64,000 nucleotides of DNA from the human T2T-CHM13v2.0 reference genome, Homo sapiens. The translations under genes and the position numbers were made by a program. The stretch lies in NCBI RefSeq assembly GCF_009914755.1, contig NC_060948.1. One strand, given 5' to 3'. The notes under the pieces are model-generated. The model ran no database searches, was not told the origin of the DNA, and worked only from the letters and a program-made list of their open reading frames with translations. This document shows, piece after piece, positions 56,819 to 64,000 of this stretch (within the stretch, counting starts at the first letter, position 1; every line of letters begins with the position of its first letter).

Positions 56819-59800
56819 GGAATGGAAAGGATTCGAATGGAATGCAATCGAATGGAATGGAATCGAACGGAATGGAATAAAATGGAAGAAAACTGGCAAG
56901 AAATGGAATCGAAATGAATGTAGTGTTATGGAACGGACTCAAAAGGAATTGAATGTAATAGAATGGAGTGGAGTGGACTCGAATATAATGGACTGGAATG
57001 GAATGAAATCACATGGAATGGGAACGAATGGAATGGAATGGAAAGGAATGGAATCGAATGGAAAGGAATCGAATGGAAGGGAATGAAATTGAATCAACAG
57101 GAATGGAAGGGAATAGAATAGACGGTAATGGAATGGACTCGAATAGAATGGACACGAATGCTCAAATTGAATGGACTCGAATGGAATGGAAACGAAAGGA
57201 ATGTCATCGAATGGAATTGAATCGATTGGAATGAAATCGCATAGAATGGAGTGGAATCAAATGGAATTGAATCGAAAGGAAAGGAAGCGAATGGACTGAA
57301 ATGAAATGGAATGGAATTGAATGGAAAGTAATGCAATGGAATAGAATGGAACGAAATTTCACGGAATGGAATCAAACTGAATGGAATCAAATCAATGGAA
57401 TCTAATCAAATGGAATGGAAAGGAATTGAATGGAGTAGATTGGATTGGATGGGATTGGAATGAAATGTACTGGAAAGGACTCGAATTTCATGAAACGGAA
57501 TGGAATGAATTGGAACGGAATGGACTCGAATGGAATGGAATGTCATGGAATGGCATCAAATGGAATGGCATCAAATGGAATGGAATCGAATGCAATGGAA
57601 TGCTATGGAATGGAATGGAATGCATTGGAATGGAATGTCCTCTAATGGAATGGATTCGAGTGGAATGGAATCGAATATAATGGAGTCGAATGAAATGGAA
57701 TTGAAAAGAATGGGATCGAATACAATGGAATATACTGGAATGTAACGTAATGAACTCGAATGTAATTGACTGGAATGGAATGTACATGAATGGAATGTAA
57801 TCGAATGGAAAGTAATCCAATGGAATAGAAACTAATGCAATAAAATCGACTCAAATAGAGTAGAATGTAATGGAATGGAGTGCAGTGCAATGGAATGGAA
57901 TGGAATGGAATGCAATGGAATGGAATGGAATGGAATGGAATGGGATGGAATGGTGTGGAATGGATAGTAATGGACTGGTGTGAAATGGACTGGAAAGGAA
58001 TGGACTCAAATTGAAAGGGCTCGAAAGGAATGGAGTCAAATGGAATGGTCTGGAATGGAATGAACACGAATGTAATGCAATCCAATAGAATGGAATCGAA
58101 TGGCATGGAATATAAAGAAATGGAATCGAAGAGAATGGAAACAAATGGAATGGAATTGAATGGAATGGAATTGAATGGAATGGGAAGGAATGGAGTGAAA
58201 TTGTATGCAGTAGAAGAGAATAGAATGGAATGCAAGTGAAAGGAAAGGAATGGATTGGAATGGAATGGAATTCATTGGAATGGAAGGGAATGTAGTGTAA
58301 TGGACAGGCCTGGAATAAAGTGGAATGCTACGGTCTCGAATGGAATAAAAATGTATGGAATGGAATGCAATGAAACGGAATCGAATGTCATAGAATGTAA
58401 TGGAATGCAACAAAATGGAATCCAAAATCATTGACTGGAAAGGCTGGGTGTCGAAAGGAATTGACTCCAATGGAATGGAATCGAATGGAATGGAAGTGAA
58501 TAGAATCGAACTAAATCGAATGGAATGGAATTGATAGGAACGGAATGGAAAGGAATGCAATGATTTGACATGGAATGGAATCGAATGGCATCGAATGGAA
58601 TGGAATGGAATGCAATGGAATGGAATGTATTAGAATATAATGAACTTTAATGGAATGTACTCGAATGGATTCGACTGGAATGGAATGTTCTGGAAGTGAA
58701 TGGACTCCAATGGAATGGATTCAAAAGGAATGGAATCGTACGGAATGGAATCTAATGGAATGGAATTAAATGGAAATGAATCAAATTGAATAGCACGGAA
58801 TTGAATTGAATGGAATGGAATGCAATGGAATCTAATGAAACGGAAAGGAAAGGAATGGAATGGAATGGAATGGGCTGGAATGGAAAGGAATCGAAACGAA
58901 TGGAATGGAATCGAACTGAAGAGACTGGAATGGAATGCACTGGAATGGAAGGGAGTGTAATGGAAGGTTCTCGAAAAAAATGGAATCGAATGGAATGGAA
59001 TTGAATGGAACGGAATAGAGTCGAATGGAATTGAATGGAATGGAATGGACTAGAGTGAAATGGAATCGAACCACAAGGAATGGACAGGAATAGAATGGTC
59101 TCGAAGTGAATGGAATCGTATGGAATGGCATTAAACGGAATGGAATGGACAGCCACGGAATGGAATGCACTCGAATGCAATGGAGTCGAAACTAATGGAC
59201 TGGAATAGAATTCACTCGACTGGTACGGACTCCAATGGAATGGAATCGAATGGAAGGGAATCGAACGGAATGGACTCGAAGGGAAAAGACTGCAATGGAA
59301 AGGTCTCGAATGGAATGGAAATTAATGGAATGGAATGGAATCGAATGAAATGGAGTCAAAAGGAATGGAATCGAATGGCAAGAAATCGAATGTAATGGAA
59401 TAGCAAGGAATTGATGTGAACGGAACGGAATGGAATGGAATCCAAAGGAATGGAATAGAATGGAATGGAATCGAATGGAAAGGACTCGAATGGAAATCAC
59501 TCGAATAGAATGCAATTTAATAAAATAGGATCAAATGTAATGGAATGGAATGGAAAGGAATCGAAACGAAAGGAATGGAGACAGATGGAATGGAATGGAA
59601 CAGAGAGCAATGGTATAGAATGGAATGGAATCATCTGGAATGGAATTGAATGGAATGGAATAATATGAAATGGAATGGAATGGAATGGAATGGAATGCCC
59701 TTGAATTAAATGGACTGGAATGGAATGGACTCGAACAGAGTGGAATGGAAAGTGTTGAGATAGAATGGAATGGACTCGTTTGGAATGGTCTAGTAGGCAA

Positions 59801-60367
59801 TGCAATCGACTGGCAGGGAATCAAAAGGAATGTAATGGAATGGATTGGACTGGAATGCAATGGACTCGAATAGATTGGAAACGGAATGCAAAGGAATGGA
59901 ATGGAATAGTATGGAATGGAATGGAAAGGCATGCAGTGGAATAGACTAGAGTGGAATGGAATGGACTGGAAAGCAATGGACTGGAATGGAACTTTCTTGA
60001 ATGGACTGGAATCAAACGGAATGGAATGCAATGCAATCAAATGGCATGGAATAAAATAGAATGAAAGAGAATCAAATGGAATTGAATCGAATGGAATCGA
60101 ATGGATTGGAAAGGAATAGAATGGAATGGAATGGAATTGACTCAAATGGAATGGACTAGAATGGAATGGATTCGAATGGAAGGCAAAGGAATGGAATCTA
60201 TTGGAATGGACTGTAATGGAATGGAATGGAAGGGATTGGAATGGACTCGAATGGAATGGACTGCAATAGAAAGGATTCGAATGGAATGAAAAAGAATTGA
60301 ATGGAATAGAACAGAATGGAATGAAATCGAATGAAATGGAATGGAATAGAAAGGAATGGAATGAAAT
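56819..60367 (+). repeat. DYZ1 unit U17 (3549 bp)
   Basis: Anchor spacing 57013->60562; extra EcoRI site 59208-59213. Confidence 0.93.
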
Positions 60368-63300
60368 GGAATGGAAAGGATTCGAATGGAATGCAATCGA
60401 ATGGAATGGAATCGAACGGAATGGAATAAAATGGAAGAAAACTGGCAAGAAATGGAATCGAAATGAATGGAGTGTTATGGAACGGACTCAAAAGGAATTG
60501 AATGTAATAGAATGGAGTGGAGTGGACTCGAATATAATGGACTGGAATGGAATGAAATCACATGGAATGGGAACGAATGGAATGGAATGGAAAGGAATGG
60601 AATCGAATGGAAAGGAATCGAATGGAAGGGAATGAAATTGAATCAACAGGAATGGAAGGGAATAGAATAGACGGTAATGGAATGGACTCGAATAGAATGG
60701 ACACGAATGCTCAAATTGAATGGACTCGAATGGAATGGAAACGAAAGGAATGTCATCGAATGGAATTGAATGGATTGGAATGAAATCGCATAGAATGGAG
60801 TGGAATCAAATGGAATTGAATCGAAAGGAAAGGAAGCGAATGGACTGAAATGAAATGGAATGGAATTGAATGGAAAGTAATGCAATGGAATAGAATGGAA
60901 CGAAATTTCACGGAATGGAATCAAACTGAATGGAATCAAATCAATGGAATCTAATCAAATGGAATGGAAAGGAATTGAATGGAGTAGATTGGATTGGATG
61001 GGATTGGAATGAAATGTACTGGAAAGGACTCGAATTTCATGAAACGGAATGGAATGAATTGGAACGGAACGGACTCGAATGGAATGGAATGTCATGGAAT
61101 GGCATCAAATGGAATGGCATCAAATGGAATGGAATCGAATGCAATGGAATGCTATGGAATGGAATGGAATGCATTGGAATGGAATGTCCTCTAATGGAAT
61201 GGATTCGAGTGGAATGGCATCGAATATAATGGAGTCGAATGTAATGGAATTGAAAAGAATGGGATCGAATACAATGGAATATACTGGAATGTAATGTAAT
61301 GAACTCGAATGTAATTGACTGGAATGGAATGTACATGAATGGAATGTAATCGAATGGAAAGTAATCCAATGGAATAGAAACTAATGCAATAAAATCGACT
61401 CAAATAGAGTAGAATGTAATGGAATGGAGTGCAGTGCAATGGAATGGAATGGAATGGAATGCAATGGAATGGAATGGAATGGAATGGAATGGGATGGAAT
61501 GGTGTGGAATGGATAGTAATGGACTGGTGTGAAATGGACTGGAAAGGAATGGACTCAAATTGAAAGGGCTCGAAAGGAATGGAGTCAAATGGAATGGTCT
61601 GGAATGGAATGAACACGAATGTAATGCAATCCAATAGAATGGAATCGAATGGCATGGAATATAAAGAAATGGAATCGAAGAGAATGGAAACAAATGGAAT
61701 GGAATTGAATGGAATGGAATTGAATGGAATGGGAAGGAATGGAGTGAAATTGTATGCAGTAGAAGAGAATAGAATGGAATGCAAGTGAAAGGAAAGGAAT
61801 GGATTGGAATGGAATGGAATTCATTGGAATGGAAGGGAATGTAGTGTAATGGACAGGCCTGGAATAAAGTGGAATGCTACGGTCTCGAATGGAATAAAAA
61901 TGTATGGAATGGAATGCAATGAAACGGAATCGAATGTCATAGAATGTAATGGAATGCAACAAAATGGAATCCAAAATCATTGACTGGAAAGGCTGGGTGT
62001 CGAAAGGAATTGACTCCAATGGAATGGAATCGAATGGAATGGAAGTGAATAGAATCGAACTAAATCGAATGGAATGGAATTGATAGGAACGGAATGGAAA
62101 GGAATGCAATGATTTGGCATGGAATGGAATCGAATGGCATCGAATGGAATGGAATGGAATGCAATGGAATGGAATGTATTAGAATGTAATGAACTTTAAT
62201 GGAATGTACTCGAATGGATTCGACTGGAATGGAATGTTCTGGAAGTGAATGGACTCCAATGGAATGGATTCAAAAGGAATGGAATCGTACGGAATGGAAT
62301 CTAATGGAATGGAATTAAATGGAAATGAATCAAATTGAATAGCACGGAATTGAATTGAATGGAATGGAATGCAATGGAATCTAATGAAACGGAAAGGAAA
62401 GGAATGGAATGGAATGGAATGGGCTGGAATGGAAAGGAATCGAAACGAATGGAATGGAATCGAACTGAAGAGACTGGAATGGAATGCACTGGAATGGAAG
62501 GGAGTGTAATGGAAGGTTCTCGAAAAAAATGGAATCGAATGGAATGGAATTGAATGGAACGGAATAGAGTCGAATGGAATTGAATGGAATGGAATGGACT
62601 AGAGTGAAATGGAATCGAACCACAAGGAATGGACAGGAATAGAATGGTCTCGAATTGAATGGAATCGTATGGAATGGCATCAAACGGAATGGAATGGACA
62701 GCCACGGAATGGAATGCACTCGAATGCAATGGAGTCGAAACTAATGGACTGGAATAGAATGGACTCGACTGGTACGGACTCCAATGGAATGGAATCGAAT
62801 GGAAGGGAATCGAACGGAATGGACTCGAAGGGAAAAGACTGCAATGGAAAGGTCTCGAATGGAATGGAAATTAATAGAATGGAATGGAATCGAATGAAAT
62901 GGAGTCAAAAGGAATGGAATCGAATGGCAAGAAATCGAATGTAATGGAATCGCAAGGAATTGATGTGAACGGAACGGAATGGAATGGAATCCAAAGGAAT
63001 GGAATAGAATGGAATGGAATCGAATGGAAAGGACTCGAATGGAAATCACTCGAATAGAATGCAATTTAATAAAATAGGATCAAATGTAATGGAATGGAAT
63101 GGAAAGGAATCGAAACGAAAGGAATGGAGACAGATGGAATGGAATGGAACAGAGAGCAATGGTATAGAATGGAATGGAATCATCTGGAATGGAATTGAAT
63201 GGAATGGAATAATATGAAATGGAATGGAATGGAATGGAATGGAATGCCCTTGAATTAAATGGACTGGAATGGAATGGACTCGAACAGAGTGGAATGGAAA

Positions 63301-63916
63301 GTGTTGAGATAGAATGGAATGGACTCGTTTGGAATGGTCTAGTATGCAATGCAATCGACTGGCAGGGAATCAAAAGGAATGTAATGGAATGGATTGGACT
63401 GGAATGCAATGGACTCGAATAGATTGGAAACGGAATGCAAAGGAATGGAATGGAATAGTATGGAATGGAATGGAAAGGAATGGAGTGGAATAGACTAGAG
63501 TGGAATGGAATGGACTGGAAAGCAATAGACTGGAATGGAACTTTCTTGAATGGACTGGAATGAAACGGAATGGAATGCAATGCAATCAAATGGCATGGAA
63601 TAAAATAGAATGAAAGAGAATCAAATGGAATTGAATCGAATGGAATCGAATGGATTGGAAAGGAATAGAATGGAATGGAATGGAATTGACTCAAATGGAA
63701 TGGACTAGAATGGAATGGATTCGAATGGAAGGCAAAGGAATGGAATCTATTGGAATGGACTGTAATGGAATGGAATGGAAGGGATTGGAATGGACTCGAA
63801 TGGAATGGACTGCAATAGAAAGGATTCGAATGGAATGAAAAAGAATTGAATGGAATAGAACAGAATGGAATCAAATCGAATGAAATGGAATGGAATAGAA
63901 AGGAATGGAATGAAAT
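60368..63916 (+). repeat. DYZ1 unit U18 (3549 bp)
   Basis: ORF end offset 60448->63997 = 3549; next unit begins GGAATGGAAAGG at 63917. Confidence 0.92.
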
Positions 63917-64000
63917 GGAATGGAAAGGATTCGAATGGAATGCAATCGAATGGAATGGAATCGAACGGAATGGAATAAAATGGAAGAAAACTGGCAAGAA

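Larger units (their letters stand above)
1..64000 (+). repeat. DYZ1: Human Satellite III (GGAAT)n array, DYZ1 type (~3.56 kb unit, Yq12 heterochromatin); 18 full units + 84 bp
   Basis: Continuous degenerate GGAAT pentamers. The same anchor (ORF 'MEWERMEW') recurs at 195, 3764, 7342, 10901, 14440, 18014, 21573, 25102, 28646, 32185, 35744, 39273, 42817, 46336, 49880, 53444, 57013, 60562. One HaeIII GGCC (1509-1512) and one EcoRI GAATTC (1470-1475) per unit, as for the classic ~3.4 kb HaeIII / 3564 bp DYZ1 unit. Family name is from recall. Confidence 0.96.

Noticed and set aside
100-63838. Plus-strand ORFs of 61-139 aa (MEWNG repeats)
   Set aside because: Direct translation of (GGAAT)n, which supplies an ATG every 5 bp; no domain-like content.
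2733-63997. Long minus-strand ORFs up to 318 aa (e.g. 16944-17900, 13385-14326, 2733-3650) rich in F/H/S/I/P
   Set aside because: (CATTC)n has no stop codons and translates to repeating IPFHS in every frame. The ORFs overlap in several frames, and their ends and frames change between units with 5-bp indels, so there is no coding constraint.
1-64000. CRISPR-like or repeat-spacer array / novel microbial system
   Set aside because: No constant repeat with unique spacers and no associated genes; the variable parts are mutated pentamers repeated in every unit.
1-64000. DYZ2/HSat1B, Alu or L1 insertion, inversion, or telomeric repeat
   Set aside because: Unit lengths are fully accounted for with no room for inserts; no CATTC-oriented block or TTAGGG runs seen.
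1-64000. Assignment to HSat2 or an autosomal HSat3 array (e.g. 9q12)
   Set aside because: Lacks the regular CATTCGATTC-based ~23-26 bp HSat2 pattern; the ~3.56 kb period with single HaeIII/EcoRI sites fits DYZ1. Alignment to a complete human assembly would settle it.

Overview
The whole 64 kb is non-coding tandem satellite DNA: a degenerate (GGAAT)n pentamer of the human Satellite III type, organised into a ~3.56 kb unit repeated head-to-tail 18 times plus an 84 bp partial unit, all in one orientation (GGAAT on +). Unit length (3519-3578 bp), one HaeIII and one EcoRI site per unit and the sequence around those sites identify it as DYZ1 (HSat3, human Yq12 heterochromatin); this is recognition from memory, not a database search. 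I found no credible genes, RNA genes, transposons, DYZ2/Alu inserts or inversions, and all listed ORFs are by-products of the pentamer. I did not find a new gene system. The structure worth a second look is: (1) three perfect in-register heat shock elements (nGAAnnTTCnnGAAn) in each unit, 49 of 54 intact; (2) a recent 14,171 bp four-unit tandem duplication whose crossover maps to a 149 bp window in chimeric unit 9; (3) an older ~6-unit duplication and patchwork conversion tracts; (4) unit-length variation fully explained by two slippage tracts, three 15-bp deletions and one 1-bp deletion. Unit numbering (U1-U18) starts at base 1. Variant comparisons were made by eye and from ORF-track offsets.
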